DNA from: Candidatus Eiseniibacteriota bacterium
Lineage (GTDB): Bacteria > Eisenbacteria > RBG-16-71-46
Reading direction: 5' to 3'
Length of the DNA stretch: 64,000 nt
NCBI GenBank assembly: GCA_963717505.1
Contig: OY970342.1
Location: forward strand, 3,200,001-3,264,000
The notes below the pieces were generated by a model. That model was given only the letters and a program-made list of their open reading frames with translations, searched no databases and was not told the DNA's origin. The first letter of the stretch is position 1. Each line of letters opens with the position of its first letter. The position numbers and the translations under genes are program-made. Positions 38,351 through 48,547 of this stretch are shown piece by piece.

Positions 38351-38737
38351 ATGCCCCCGTTCAAGACCGACACCGATGTCCGCCTCTATCGTTCGATCAG
38401 CGATGTCAGCGAGCTGGTCGGCGTGAAGGCGCACGTGCTGCGTTACTGGGAGACCCAGTTCAGCATGCTGCGGCCGCGAAAGAACCGGGCTGGGAACCGC
38501 ATGTATCGGCCCGAGGACGTCAAGCTCCTCCTGCGCATCAAGGAACTGCTCTACGCGCGGCGCTTCACCATCGAGGGCGCTCGCAAGCGGCTGATCGAGG
38601 ACCGGCGCGAGAACCCGCAGGTCGAGCTGGGCCTCGAGGAGCGCACGCCGCCCGCCGAAGCGCCCGCGCCGATGACCAAGATCCTGCTCCACGAGCTGCG
38701 CAACGACTTGCGCCAGCTGCTCGCTCGGCTGAAGTAG
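38351..38737 (+). CDS. MerR-family HTH regulator
   Basis: SISDVSELVGVKAHVLRYWETQF...NRMY...FTIEGA; family typically precedes tRNA-Pro(GGG). Confidence 0.92.
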   Translation: MPPFKTDTDVRLYRSISDVSELVGVKAHVLRYWETQFSMLRPRKNRAGNRMYRPEDVKLLLRIKELLYARRFTIEGARKRLIEDRRENPQVELGLEERTPPAEAPAPMTKILLHELRNDLRQLLARLK

Positions 38738-38808
38738 TTACAGACTCGGCCGGGTTGCGGTCGGATCGCCGCGAGCATAGATTCCAGCGTCCCTCAGTAT
38801 CGTTAGGT

Positions 38809-38885
38809 CGGGGCGTAGCGCAGCCTGGTAGCGCACCTGCATGGGGGGCAGGTGGTCGCTGGTTCAAATCCAGTCGCCCCGACCA
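38809..38885 (+). tRNA. tRNA-Pro(GGG)
   Basis: CGGGGCG acceptor, anticodon arm CCTGC-ATGGGGG-GCAGG, GGTTCAAATCC, CCA end. Confidence 0.95.
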
Positions 38886-38961
38886 TTTTCCTCTTCCCGT
38901 CCCGGACGTCGCTCCTGCGCACCGGCCGGCCGGTCCTCCCCTCGAGCGTCGTAAGACACGG

Positions 38962-39813
38962 ATGGCACAGCAGCTCGGGTCACCGCTTCGCCTTCTGACT
39001 CAGGGCCTGGCCTACGTTCCCTACGGCCTCGCCTCGGGCGCCAGTCGCGTCCTGACCGAGCGCCAGGCGCGGTCGGCGGCACGGACCATCGCTCGCGGTC
39101 TGTTCGCGCTCCGGCCGCCGGCTCGGCGCCGGCTCGAGCAGAATCTCCGCCGCGTCCTGCCGGCCGCGAGTCCGGTCGAAGTTCGCCGGCACGCGCGCCA
39201 GGCATTCGAGAATTTCGCCGGCGCGTTCGTCGATGTCCTGCGCCTCGATCGTATGAGCCGTGACGCCCTGGCTGGCGCCCTCGAGGTCGAGGGCGCCGAG
39301 CACGTCCGCTCGGCACGAGTCTCCGAGCGTGGCGTCATAGTCCTCTCGGCGCACGCCGGCAATTGGGAGCTGGGGGCGGCGTTCCTGGCCAGCGCCGTGC
39401 CGCGCGTTCATCTGGTCGCCCGCGCGCACCGCAATCCCTGGATCGAGCGCTTCTTCGCTCGGCGGCGCGAGGCCTTCGGCGTCCATGCGCTACGCAGCCG
39501 GCCGCTGTGGCCCGCGGCCGCCACGGCCCTGCGGCGCGGAGAGTGGCTGGCGCTGATGGGCGATCGCGCGGTACCCGGGCGCAGCGCCTCGCTTTGCACC
39601 TTCGCGGCGGCGATGGCGCGCCGGACAGGCGCCTTGTTGCTGCCCGCGACCATGATCTGTCTGGCGGGTGGGCGCTACCGCGTCGCATTCCACGCCCCGA
39701 TCGCTCCCTCGGAGTGGTCGGGCGGCGGCTATCGCAACTGGCTGCGCCGGCTCCTGGTCTCGTCCCCGGGACAGTGGCTGGCGTTCGAGCCGCTGCCGGA
39801 CGCCTGGACGTGA
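38962..39813 (+). CDS. Lysophospholipid acyltransferase, LpxL/HtrB-like
   Basis: RLEQNLRR, GVIVLSAHAGNWE (Hx4E), LMGDR, PGQW. Confidence 0.85.
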   Translation: MAQQLGSPLRLLTQGLAYVPYGLASGASRVLTERQARSAARTIARGLFALRPPARRRLEQNLRRVLPAASPVEVRRHARQAFENFAGAFVDVLRLDRMSRDALAGALEVEGAEHVRSARVSERGVIVLSAHAGNWELGAAFLASAVPRVHLVARAHRNPWIERFFARRREAFGVHALRSRPLWPAAATALRRGEWLALMGDRAVPGRSASLCTFAAAMARRTGALLLPATMICLAGGRYRVAFHAPIAPSEWSGGGYRNWLRRLLVSSPGQWLAFEPLPDAWT

Positions 39814-39844
39814 CGGCCGGTCGCGTGCCGCCCGGGAGCGGTCG

Positions 39845-40585
39845 ATGAAGGTCGCGGTCCTGATTCCTGCCTATCAGGCGGCGGCGCACCTGGGCGAGGT
39901 CCTGCTGCGCCTCGCGGCCCTGCGCGGGCCGGATGTCCCCGCGCACATCCTGGTCGTCGACGACGGCTCGCGCGATGCCACGGGCCAGGTCGCGCGCCAG
40001 TTTGGCGCCCGTGTGCACACCTTTGCCGGGAACCGGGGCAAGGGCCACGCCTTGATGGCCGGCTTCGAGTTACTCGGCGAGTACGACGGCGTGATCACGC
40101 TCGACGCCGATGGCCAGCATCCGCCCGAGTGTGTGCCGGATTTCATTCGCGCGGCGACCGCAGGCGCCGACCTGGTGCTGGGCACGCGCATGCGTGCCGG
40201 GGACATGCCGATCGCCCGGCGCTTCGCGAACGGTTTCTCGTCGGGCTGGGCGACGTGGCTCGCCGGCCAGCCGGTCAGCGACAGCCAGTGCGGGTTTCGG
40301 CTCTACCGGCGTTCCCTGCTGCAGGCGACGCCGTTGACGCCGGGTCGCTACGAGGTCGAGAGTGAAGTGGTGGTGCGCGCGGCTCGACTCGGCTTCCGGG
40401 TCGCCGAGGTCTCGATTCCAACGGTCTATGGAGAAGAGCAGAGCCAGATCCGGATCTTCCGCGACGTGCCGCGCATCTTCGGAACGCTCGCGCGCCTGAC
40501 CGCCGAAGGATGGATGCCGCCGGCGGCGATGCGCGAGGCCGCGGTCGCGCGCCGGGCCGGCGGCGTCACGGACTCCGCTCGATGA
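39845..40585 (+). CDS. GT2 glycosyltransferase (DPM1-like)
   Basis: LIPAY, VVDDGS.D, NRGKG, TLDADGQH, DSQCGFR. Confidence 0.93.
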   Translation: MKVAVLIPAYQAAAHLGEVLLRLAALRGPDVPAHILVVDDGSRDATGQVARQFGARVHTFAGNRGKGHALMAGFELLGEYDGVITLDADGQHPPECVPDFIRAATAGADLVLGTRMRAGDMPIARRFANGFSSGWATWLAGQPVSDSQCGFRLYRRSLLQATPLTPGRYEVESEVVVRAARLGFRVAEVSIPTVYGEEQSQIRIFRDVPRIFGTLARLTAEGWMPPAAMREAAVARRAGGVTDSAR

Positions 40586-41328
40586 GAATCCTGCTGACCA
40601 ACGACGATGGCATCTTCGCCCCGGCGCTGCGCGCCCTGCGCGACGCGCTCGGCGCGTACGGCCGCGTGATCACCGTGGCGCCCGACCGCGACCAGAGTGC
40701 CACCTCGCATTCGCTCACCCTGCACCGGCCGTTTCGCATCCACCGGCACGATGACGACATCTACAGCGTCGACGGCACGCCGACCGACTGCGTGGTCACT
40801 GCGTTCTACGGCCTGCTCGACGGTCGGCCGGACCTGGTGATCTCGGGGATCAACCACGGCCCGAACATGGGGGAGGATGTCTTCTATTCGGGCACGGTGG
40901 CGGCGGCGATCGAAGGCACGCTGCAGGGGGTGCCGTCCCTCGCGGTCTCGCTGGTCACGCGCGAGCGCGCCGACTTCCTCGAGCCCGCGGCCTTCGTCGC
41001 GCGCCTGCTCGGTCGCGTGCTCGAGCACGGGCTTCCGCGCCGGCAGCTGCTGAACGTCAACCTGCCGTATCGCCCCTGGTCCGAGATCCGCGGCGTCCAG
41101 GTCACACGACTCGGAAGTCGGCGCTACCAAGACACCCTGGTGCGCAAACACGATCCGCGCGGCCGCGAGTACTTCTGGATCGGCGGCGAGGACCCGGTGT
41201 GGGAACCGATGCCGGGCAGTGACTTCCACGCGGTCCACGACGGCTGGATTTCGGTCACGCCGTTGAGCCTCGACCTGACCGACAACGCCGCGGTGGAGAG
41301 CATGAAGGCATGGCCGCTGGTCAAGTGA
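40582..41328 (+). CDS. surE: 5'/3'-nucleotidase SurE
   Basis: ILLTNDDG, VAP...S..SHS, GTPTDCV, SGINHGPN, YSGTVAAA. Confidence 0.97.
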   Translation: MRILLTNDDGIFAPALRALRDALGAYGRVITVAPDRDQSATSHSLTLHRPFRIHRHDDDIYSVDGTPTDCVVTAFYGLLDGRPDLVISGINHGPNMGEDVFYSGTVAAAIEGTLQGVPSLAVSLVTRERADFLEPAAFVARLLGRVLEHGLPRRQLLNVNLPYRPWSEIRGVQVTRLGSRRYQDTLVRKHDPRGREYFWIGGEDPVWEPMPGSDFHAVHDGWISVTPLSLDLTDNAAVESMKAWPLVK

Positions 41329-42005
41329 ACGGCCGCGAGCCGGACCCCGACCCCTTTGCTGCGGCCCGCCGACGCATGGTCGAGGAGCAGCTCGTCGATC
41401 GCGGCATCGAGGACGAACGTGTGCTCGAGGCCATGGCCTGGGCGCCCCGACATCACTTCGTCGAGCCCGCGCTCGAGTCGCGCGCCTACGGAGATCACGC
41501 GTTGCCGACCGCCGAAGGTCAGACCATCTCCCAACCGTGGATCGTCGCGCGCATGCTCGAGCTGGCGCGGCTCGCGCCGGAACATCGCGTGCTCGAAATC
41601 GGCACCGGCTCCGGCTACCAGACGCTGCTGCTGTCGAGGCTGGTCGAGCGCGTGTTCAGCGTCGAGCGGGTGGCATCGCTGCTGCGGGTCGCGCGCGCCC
41701 GACTCGATGCCCTCGGCATCACCAACGTCGCCCTGCGCCACGGCGACGGCAGCCTCGGCTGGCTGGAGTTCGCCCCCTATGATAGGGTCCTGGTCGCTGC
41801 GGCGGCACCCCGCGTTCCCGATGCACTGCGCGAGCAGCTGGGGGAGCGGGGTGTTCTCGTGATACCGGTAGGGAGTTCTCAGCTGCAGCACCTCGAAGTG
41901 TGGTCCCGCGCACCCAACGGCGCGTGGGAACACCGGCGGCACGGGGAGTGCCGCTTCGTCCCGCTGGTCGGTCGCGACGCATGGCGGGATGATCCTCATA
42001 GCTGA
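41310..42005 (+). CDS. pcm: Protein-L-isoaspartate O-methyltransferase
   Basis: GQTISQP, VLEIGTGSGYQ, GDGSLGW...APYD, FVPL. Confidence 0.97.
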   Translation: MAAGQVNGREPDPDPFAAARRRMVEEQLVDRGIEDERVLEAMAWAPRHHFVEPALESRAYGDHALPTAEGQTISQPWIVARMLELARLAPEHRVLEIGTGSGYQTLLLSRLVERVFSVERVASLLRVARARLDALGITNVALRHGDGSLGWLEFAPYDRVLVAAAAPRVPDALREQLGERGVLVIPVGSSQLQHLEVWSRAPNGAWEHRRHGECRFVPLVGRDAWRDDPHS

Positions 42006-42008
42006 CGT

Positions 42009-42085
<77 letters not shown>

Positions 42086-42107
42086 TTTCTCTCCGCATCC
42101 TCCACCC

Positions 42108-42392
42108 ATGACGATTCCCCGGCGCCGACTCGAGGCGGTGATCCGCGGTCGTGTGCAGGGCGTCGGGTTTCGCCACTTCGTCTGGCGTCGCGCGACGCAG
42201 CGGGGTCTGCGAGGCCTGGTTCGCAATCGCGCCGACGGGTCGGTCGAAGTGGTCGCGGAAGGCCCCGAACCGGCGCTGGCCGAGTTCCTCGAGCAGCTGC
42301 GCACCGGTCCGCCGGCGGCGCGGGTCGAGGAAGTCGCCGTCCGATGGAGCGAGCCGGTTCTCGACTTTTCTTCCTTCGAAATCGTGGGATAG
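42108..42392 (+). CDS. acyP: Acylphosphatase
   Basis: GRVQGVGFR, G.VRN..DGSVEVVAEG, GPPAARV. Confidence 0.95.
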   Translation: MTIPRRRLEAVIRGRVQGVGFRHFVWRRATQRGLRGLVRNRADGSVEVVAEGPEPALAEFLEQLRTGPPAARVEEVAVRWSEPVLDFSSFEIVG

Positions 42393-42399
42393 TGGCGGC

Positions 42400-43469
42400 A
42401 TGAACTCCGAGCCTCGCCCCGCCACGTTTCGCGATCGCCTCGGCGCAGCTCCTGGTCGCGCGGTCGCCGGACCGGTCATCTCGATCCGCGGGACTACTCG
42501 TCGCTGCTGCTCGACGCCGAATTCGATGCCGCCGACTTCGAGCGCTTCTGTGCCGCGGTCCAGGAGCACGGCCTCGCACTTCCCGAAGAAGTCGTCGATC
42601 CGCCGCCGGCAACGCCGCCGCCCGCGGCGGGAGAGCGGGACCTGCTCGACCTCTACCTCGACGAAATCGGGCGCATCCCCCTGCTCGTCCACGAGGATTT
42701 CCTGGTTCTGGCGCGGCGCGCGGCCGCCGGCAACCCCGACGCTCGACGGCGGATCATTCTCGCCAACCTGCGCCTGGTGGTGCACCTGGCGCGCGGCTAT
42801 CGGAACCGCGGCCTGCCGATGCTCGACCTGATCGAAGAGGGAAACCTCGGACTGATTCACGCGGTCGACCGCTTCGATCCCGAGCGCGCCGTGCGCTTCA
42901 GCACCTACGCGGCGCCCTGGATCCGGCAGTTCATCCTGCGCGGGGTCGCCGAGCAGGCGCGCGCCGTGCGCATCCCGGTCCAGATGTTCCAGCAGGCGCA
43001 GCGCTACCTGCGCATCGAGCACCGGCTGCGCGCGCACCTCGGACGCGAACCCAGGTCGGTCGAAGTCGCCGCCGCACTCGGCATCTCGACGCCGCGCGCC
43101 GAGCGATTGGCAGCACTGGTGCGCGGCATGCACTCGCTCGACCAGAGCCCGGGAATCGAGGCCTTCGAACAGCTCTCGGCCGAGCATCTCGGGCAGAGCC
43201 CGCTCTCGGTCGAGGGACTGGTCGAGCTCCAGCTCGAGCACGAACGCGTCGACCGCCTCCTGCGATCGCTGAGCCAGCGCGAAGAGCAGGTGCTGCGCAT
43301 CCGCTACGGATTCCAGGACGGGATCGCGCGTTCTCTGGCCGAGACCGGCGTCCACTTCGGCATCACGCGCGAACGCGTCCGACAGATCGAAGCCCGGGCG
43401 CTCGACAAGCTGCGGAAGGCTCTGGAATTCGCGGCCGACGACGTCGCTCCCGAGGAAACCGGCGCGTGA
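42400..43469 (+). CDS. Sigma-70 family factor, RpoS/RpoD-like group 2; frameshift near 42440-42460
   Basis: Frame open upstream of 42777: DLLDLYLDEIGRIPLL (region 1.2), ANLRLVV, DLIEEGNLGL, RFSTYA..WIRQ, GITRERVRQIE; rpoS-like position after surE-pcm. Confidence 0.9.
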
Positions 43470-44008
43470 GCGACCCTGGAAAACGCGCGAGCGAGCTGGA
43501 TCTGCGCGCGTTCATCCGGGACGTTCCCGACTTTCCCAAACCCGGAATCCTGTTTCGCGACATCACGCCGCTGTTGCTCGATCCGGCAGCCCGTGAGACG
43601 TGTGTTCGCCAACTCGCCGCACGCACCGATCGCCCCGACGTCGTGGTTGCGATCGAATCGCGCGGCCTGATTTTCGGCACCGAGCTGGCCGACCACTGGC
43701 GCGTGCCCTTGGTGCCGGCGCGCAAGTTCGGCAAACTGCCGGCGCGGACGGTGCGCACCACCTATTCGCTCGAGTACGGACAGGATTCGCTCGAGCTGCA
43801 TGCCGATGCGCTCAGGCCCGGGCAACGGGTGGCAATCGTCGACGACCTGTTGGCGACCGGCGGCACCGCGGCGGCCACCATCCAGCTGGTCGCACAGCTC
43901 GGCGCTCAGATCTCGGCGTTGCTGTTCGTGATCGAATTGATCGGACTCGACGGCCGCCGGCGCCTCGCGCCGCATCCGGTGCACGCACTGCTCGAGCTGC
44001 CGGCCTAG
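43466..44008 (+). CDS. apt: Adenine phosphoribosyltransferase
   Basis: IRDVPDFPKPGILFRDITPL, ESRG, RKFGKLP, YSLEYG, VDDLLATGGT. Confidence 0.97.
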   Translation: MSDPGKRASELDLRAFIRDVPDFPKPGILFRDITPLLLDPAARETCVRQLAARTDRPDVVVAIESRGLIFGTELADHWRVPLVPARKFGKLPARTVRTTYSLEYGQDSLELHADALRPGQRVAIVDDLLATGGTAAATIQLVAQLGAQISALLFVIELIGLDGRRRLAPHPVHALLELPA

Positions 44009-44038
44009 CTCGGCGCGGGCGCAACCCGCCCTCGACGA

Positions 44039-44650
44039 CTAGCGGCGGACGCGCACGAGATTTCGAATTACCGTGCCGCCCGAGCCCTCCAGTCGAAGCC
44101 AATAGAGCCCGGGCCCAACCCGACGCCCGTGGGTGTCGGCGCCATCCCACGAACCGGCGTGCACCCCCGGTCCGTACGTGCCCTCGGCGAGCGATCGCAC
44201 CGTGGCACCCCGCAGATCGAAGACGCGGAGTCGAATCCGGTCCTCGGCGGGCAGCGTGAAGGACCACGCGACTTGAGCGGTGGACGGGTTGGGTTGGGGA
44301 AGGGCGAGCGCGAACGGCGGAGTCACGATATCGACCACGATCACGAAGGGAACGCTGGTCGCGCTGCCGTCGCCGTCACGAAAGACGCGGATCGGGCCGC
44401 TGGTCGCAGCGGCCGGAACGATCGCCTTGAGCTGAGTGCCGCCCACCACGCGAAAGTCGGCGGGCGAGCCGCCGAAGTCGACGTGTGTAGCGCCGTCGAG
44501 GTGCTCGCCGATGATCTTGACCAGCGTGCCAGGTGGACCCGAGCGCGGCGTGAACCCGCGCACGATCGGCGATTGGGCCTGCGCGAAACCCGCCACCAGG
44601 GTCAGGGTGGCGAACCCGACGAACGCGCGGATGGCGTTGGGCAAACTCAT
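44039..44650 (-). CDS. Secreted IPT/TIG-domain protein with C-terminal FlgD-Ig/T9SS-like domain
   Basis: Signal peptide; FTPRSGPPGTLVKIIG...VDFGG...VP...SGPIRV; PNP...VFDLRG...WDG...GLYWLRL. Confidence 0.8.
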   Translation of the reverse strand: MSLPNAIRAFVGFATLTLVAGFAQAQSPIVRGFTPRSGPPGTLVKIIGEHLDGATHVDFGGSPADFRVVGGTQLKAIVPAAATSGPIRVFRDGDGSATSVPFVIVVDIVTPPFALALPQPNPSTAQVAWSFTLPAEDRIRLRVFDLRGATVRSLAEGTYGPGVHAGSWDGADTHGRRVGPGLYWLRLEGSGGTVIRNLVRVRR

Positions 44651-44778
44651 GATTCCTCCAACTCGCGGATTCTACGCCCAAGCGGCCTTGCGGGATATCG
44701 CATTCGACGCGACCGCGGCCCATCCCGCACCGGCCCGGCTTGCACGCGCCGGGCCGCGCCGCCGATAGTCCGCCCTCC

Positions 44779-45981
44779 ATGGCCCTGCACGAATGGCTGG
44801 ATCTGTTCCTGCGCTGGTTTCATCTGATCGCGGGCATCGCGTGGATCGGCAGCTCTTTCTACTTCATCTGGCTCGATCGCAGCCTCGAGCGCGCGGCCAG
44901 CGCCGATCCGGACGTCGAGGGCACGCTGTGGATGGTGCACAGCGGCGGCTTCTACCGGGTGGAGCGGCGCAGGATCGGCCCCGGCCGCATGCCCGCCGTG
45001 CTCCACTGGTTCAAGTGGGAGGCGGCACTCACCTGGATGTCGGGCGTCGGGTTGCTCGGCCTGGTCTATCACTCGACCGGGGGGATCTACCTCACGGATC
45101 CTGCGGTGTCGGGGATCTCGCCGGGACTGGCCGCCGGCGCGTCGGTGGTGGCCATCGCGGTCGCCTGGTTCGTCTACGACGGACTGTGGCGGTGGGCGGG
45201 CGGCAGGGAACGGATCGCGGCGGCGCTGTCGTGGATCCTGCTCGCCGCCGTGGCCTTTGGTTTCTGCCAGTTCCTGAGCGGGCGTGCGGCCTTCGTTCAC
45301 GTCGGGGCACTGCTCGGCACCCTCATGGTCGCCAACGTGTGGCTGCGCATCCTGCCCGCGCAGCAACAGATGATCGACGCGACCAAGGCCGGACGGACGC
45401 CGGACTTCTCACGGGGCGAAGCCGCGAAACATCGCTCCGTGCACAACAGCTACATGACGTTTCCGGTGTTGTTCCTGATGCTCAGCCCGCATTTCCCCGG
45501 GCTCCACGCAGGGGCGGACAATATCGTGGCCCTGGCGCTGGTCACCGTGATCGGCGTCGGGGTGCGCCATCTCATGATCGGCAGCGGATCCGGTCGATGG
45601 TGGGCCGCGGGCCCGGTGGCCGCTGCGCTCGTCACTGTGATCGCGATCTCTCCGCCGGGTCGCATGCCGGTGGTTTCAGAGTCGGGTCCGGCGGCCCCCG
45701 ATAGCGCCGACGCACGGCCCGCGACCTTCGTCAACGTTCAGGCCATTGTGCTCTCGCGCTGCACGGCCTGCCACTCGGCAACGCCGCGGATCGACACCTT
45801 TGGTTCGGCTCCGGGCGGCGTGTCGTTCGACGATCCGCGCGAGATTCGCCGCTGGGCGGACCGACTGGGCATGCGGGTGGTCCATACGCGCACCATGCCC
45901 CTCGGCAACATGACCGCGATGACAACCGAGGAGCGGGATCTGATCGCGCGTTGGCTCGCGCGCGGCGCACCGGGCGATTAG
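44779..45981 (+). CDS. puuD: Urate hydroxylase PuuD (membrane domain + cytochrome c)
   Basis: RWFHLIAGIAWIGSSFYF, WMVHSGGFY, LHWFKWEA, GTLMVANV, RSVHNSY; C-terminal CTACH heme motif and MPLGN. Confidence 0.93.
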   Translation: MALHEWLDLFLRWFHLIAGIAWIGSSFYFIWLDRSLERAASADPDVEGTLWMVHSGGFYRVERRRIGPGRMPAVLHWFKWEAALTWMSGVGLLGLVYHSTGGIYLTDPAVSGISPGLAAGASVVAIAVAWFVYDGLWRWAGGRERIAAALSWILLAAVAFGFCQFLSGRAAFVHVGALLGTLMVANVWLRILPAQQQMIDATKAGRTPDFSRGEAAKHRSVHNSYMTFPVLFLMLSPHFPGLHAGADNIVALALVTVIGVGVRHLMIGSGSGRWWAAGPVAAALVTVIAISPPGRMPVVSESGPAAPDSADARPATFVNVQAIVLSRCTACHSATPRIDTFGSAPGGVSFDDPREIRRWADRLGMRVVHTRTMPLGNMTAMTTEERDLIARWLARGAPGD

Positions 45982-46078
45982 CGTGTTCCCCGGCCTGTGG
46001 TGGCGCGGGGAACCGAAATGGCCATGAGGAGTGTGGATACGACGACGGCGGTCAGCAGGCGGGGCATTGGCGACTGAA

Positions 46079-47092
46079 TCATGACCGTCGGTATACGACG
46101 ACCCACCGGCGAACCGCCATGCCGGTCAGCCCGCCGATCACGATCCCGACGGGTGCGACATAAAGGGCACCGACCAACCCGCCCTCGGCTACGCTGGCTT
46201 CCGAGGTCCCGGAGACGCCAACGGCCGCCATCCCCACCAGTGCACCGAGGACGCCGAAGCTCACACCGCCAGCGATTGCGCCCTGCCACATACTCCCACC
46301 CCGCGTCTCGATTCGATCGACCTGGTCCCACGTGATCATTCCGGGACTGGCCGCACCGGCATCGTGCTTCCCGTGACGATCCGCGCGGAGTTCTTCGAGC
46401 CCCTCGGGCCCCGCGATGCCCGCATATCCCTGGAACGACCCGAACGACCCCTGCGCGCGGAACAACTTGTTAGGGTCGAGTCGGCTGCAGGCGCTGAGGA
46501 TGGCAGGGTCTGCGACCGGTGCTGACACCGGCGGCGCCAGCACCACGGCATCATCCACCGGCTCCGGGCGCCCAACGGTGTCCGCAACATACCAGTTCCG
46601 TTCGGATCGGAATCGCGCACCGTATTTGCCGCCAAGATATCCACCGATTCCTCCGAATACGAGCAGACCCCCCAGCGCCAGCCGGCCACCCCGGTCGTAG
46701 GGAGCGCCGAGCGCGTTGCCTAGTCCGGCACCCAGGAGGCCCAACGTCACGGCGCCGACAGTTCCCCAACCCCGTGATCGTGTGACGACCTCGTCGATGC
46801 GTTGGATCCGATCCCATGTCATCGAGCCGGGGAGTTGCACGCCATCGGGGGTCGACATGCCGTGGAGGCCGAGCGCATCGAGCCGAAGCACCTTCCGTTC
46901 GACCATTCCAGAATCGGCCGTGATGTGCAGCCACGGGTGGTTCCGGTTGTTCTTCTGAAACTGGAACAGAGCATTCGGCGAGGGGCCCACCGTCGGCTCC
47001 GAACCGGCGGCGAAACGGAATGGGATCGTGGTCGCTAGGAGCAGTACGACAAGTCCGCCCATCATCGGGCGCACCACGGCGATTGCCTTCAC
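46079..47092 (-). CDS. Hypothetical membrane protein with an internally duplicated domain + glycine-zipper unit
   Basis: Signal peptide; repeats MTWDRIQRID / ITWDQVDRIE, each followed by two Gly-rich hydrophobic helices. Confidence 0.65.
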   Translation of the reverse strand: MKAIAVVRPMMGGLVVLLLATTIPFRFAAGSEPTVGPSPNALFQFQKNNRNHPWLHITADSGMVERKVLRLDALGLHGMSTPDGVQLPGSMTWDRIQRIDEVVTRSRGWGTVGAVTLGLLGAGLGNALGAPYDRGGRLALGGLLVFGGIGGYLGGKYGARFRSERNWYVADTVGRPEPVDDAVVLAPPVSAPVADPAILSACSRLDPNKLFRAQGSFGSFQGYAGIAGPEGLEELRADRHGKHDAGAASPGMITWDQVDRIETRGGSMWQGAIAGGVSFGVLGALVGMAAVGVSGTSEASVAEGGLVGALYVAPVGIVIGGLTGMAVRRWVVVYRRS

Positions 47093-47103
47093 CCGAAGGT
47101 CGC

Positions 47104-48372
47104 TTACCAGCCGGCACCCACCCCAACTTGCGAGGCGACCGCTCGTGAATCCGAGTCGTCATCGTCGTCGTCGTGATGCCGGTGGCCCTTCCCTGCACGC
47201 CGCGCCAGCTCTTCGAACGCTTGCGCGACCTCATCGGCCGAAATCATGTCGGTGTGCCCGTATCGCCCGGCAAAGGTCCTTTGATCGAGCAGGCTGAGGT
47301 CGCCCCGCCTGGCCACGAGCTCGCGGTAGCGGGTTTCGTTGAAACCGGGCACCACCGGGTCGAATTGGTTGGAGAGCGCGATCATCGGGATCCTCAACCG
47401 GCCCGTCGTCTCGTAGTTGCGCTCCAGGTACTCCTGGGCCTGGCGGCTCGAACAATAGCGAGCGACCCGCGCATTGATGTCGGCGAGCACCGGCGCGGGA
47501 AGCGGACCGGAATACGTCACGTGCGAATTGTCGAAGAAATCGCCCCCGGTCCGGTCGAGCAGGTCCTCGAGCTCGACGAAATGGAGGGCCAGCGTCTGGA
47601 CGATGGAGCCCACCAGCTGCTGACCGTTGGAGAAGGGAACGGGCGTCTGCACCAGCTGGCTGATGATCGCCGCGCCCTGGGGATCGGCGCTCATCGCCTG
47701 GACCGCAGGACCGATCACGTGCTGGTTGAGATTCAGTCCCGGCGGAATGTAGTACAGGTCGCCTTGCAGGACGCCCGGGTAGAACACGTCGAAGAGGACC
47801 CGGACGTGAGCGATGTAGTCGACGATCCCCTGGCTGCCTCCAATCAGGCCGCACTCCGTGAGCACGCCGTCATAGTCCTCGGGATGGCGCTCCGCCAACG
47901 CGAGCGCGATGTCCCCGCCCATCGAAGAGCCGATCAGAAAGACGCGCCGGGGCTGTCCCAGTCTGCGGCTGAAGAGTTCCTCGAGATTCTCGGTCTCCCG
48001 GATGCCTTCCTTCACCGCCAGACCGTTCTCCGAGAAGCTCGAATAGGCGACCGCAACGCGCTGCGCCAGGAGCTGATCGCGGAGATCCTCGATCGGGGGT
48101 AGTTGGATCGGATCCGTGGGCGCGGTGAAGCCGTGCGCGTAGAGCACCAGATCGCCATTCCACCGTTCGGGACGATACAGCGCATACAGCGCGCCGGATT
48201 GCGTCTTCCCGATGATCTCGGCGGCATCCCTGTAATGGGATGCGTGCAATTCCTGCGTGGGATCGAGGACTACGCTCTCGGTCGCGGGTTGGGTGGTAAG
48301 AGCCTTCTTCCCACAACTCGAGGAGACAACGAGGGCCAAAGCGAGCAGCCACGGACTCCAGCGACGAAACAT
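47104..48372 (-). CDS. Alpha/beta-hydrolase lipoprotein
   Basis: Lipobox-like SSSC; WNGDLVLYAHGF, GSSMGG nucleophile elbow, DPVVP, YGH. Confidence 0.85.
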   Translation of the reverse strand: MFRRWSPWLLALALVVSSSCGKKALTTQPATESVVLDPTQELHASHYRDAAEIIGKTQSGALYALYRPERWNGDLVLYAHGFTAPTDPIQLPPIEDLRDQLLAQRVAVAYSSFSENGLAVKEGIRETENLEELFSRRLGQPRRVFLIGSSMGGDIALALAERHPEDYDGVLTECGLIGGSQGIVDYIAHVRVLFDVFYPGVLQGDLYYIPPGLNLNQHVIGPAVQAMSADPQGAAIISQLVQTPVPFSNGQQLVGSIVQTLALHFVELEDLLDRTGGDFFDNSHVTYSGPLPAPVLADINARVARYCSSRQAQEYLERNYETTGRLRIPMIALSNQFDPVVPGFNETRYRELVARRGDLSLLDQRTFAGRYGHTDMISADEVAQAFEELARRAGKGHRHHDDDDDDSDSRAVASQVGVGAGW

Positions 48373-48547
48373 GGCGGACCTCCTGATCGGGGAAGCATCG
48401 AGGAGCATGTCGAAACGACGGGTCGACGGAGGACCTGCAGCCTTACCCGGAGAGCCGGGTTCTGCCAGGAACCGGTGGGAGCGGCCTGAACTCTAGCGAC
48501 CTGGAATCCCTTCTACCCCCATAAAGGCCCAATAGCTACACAATTCT

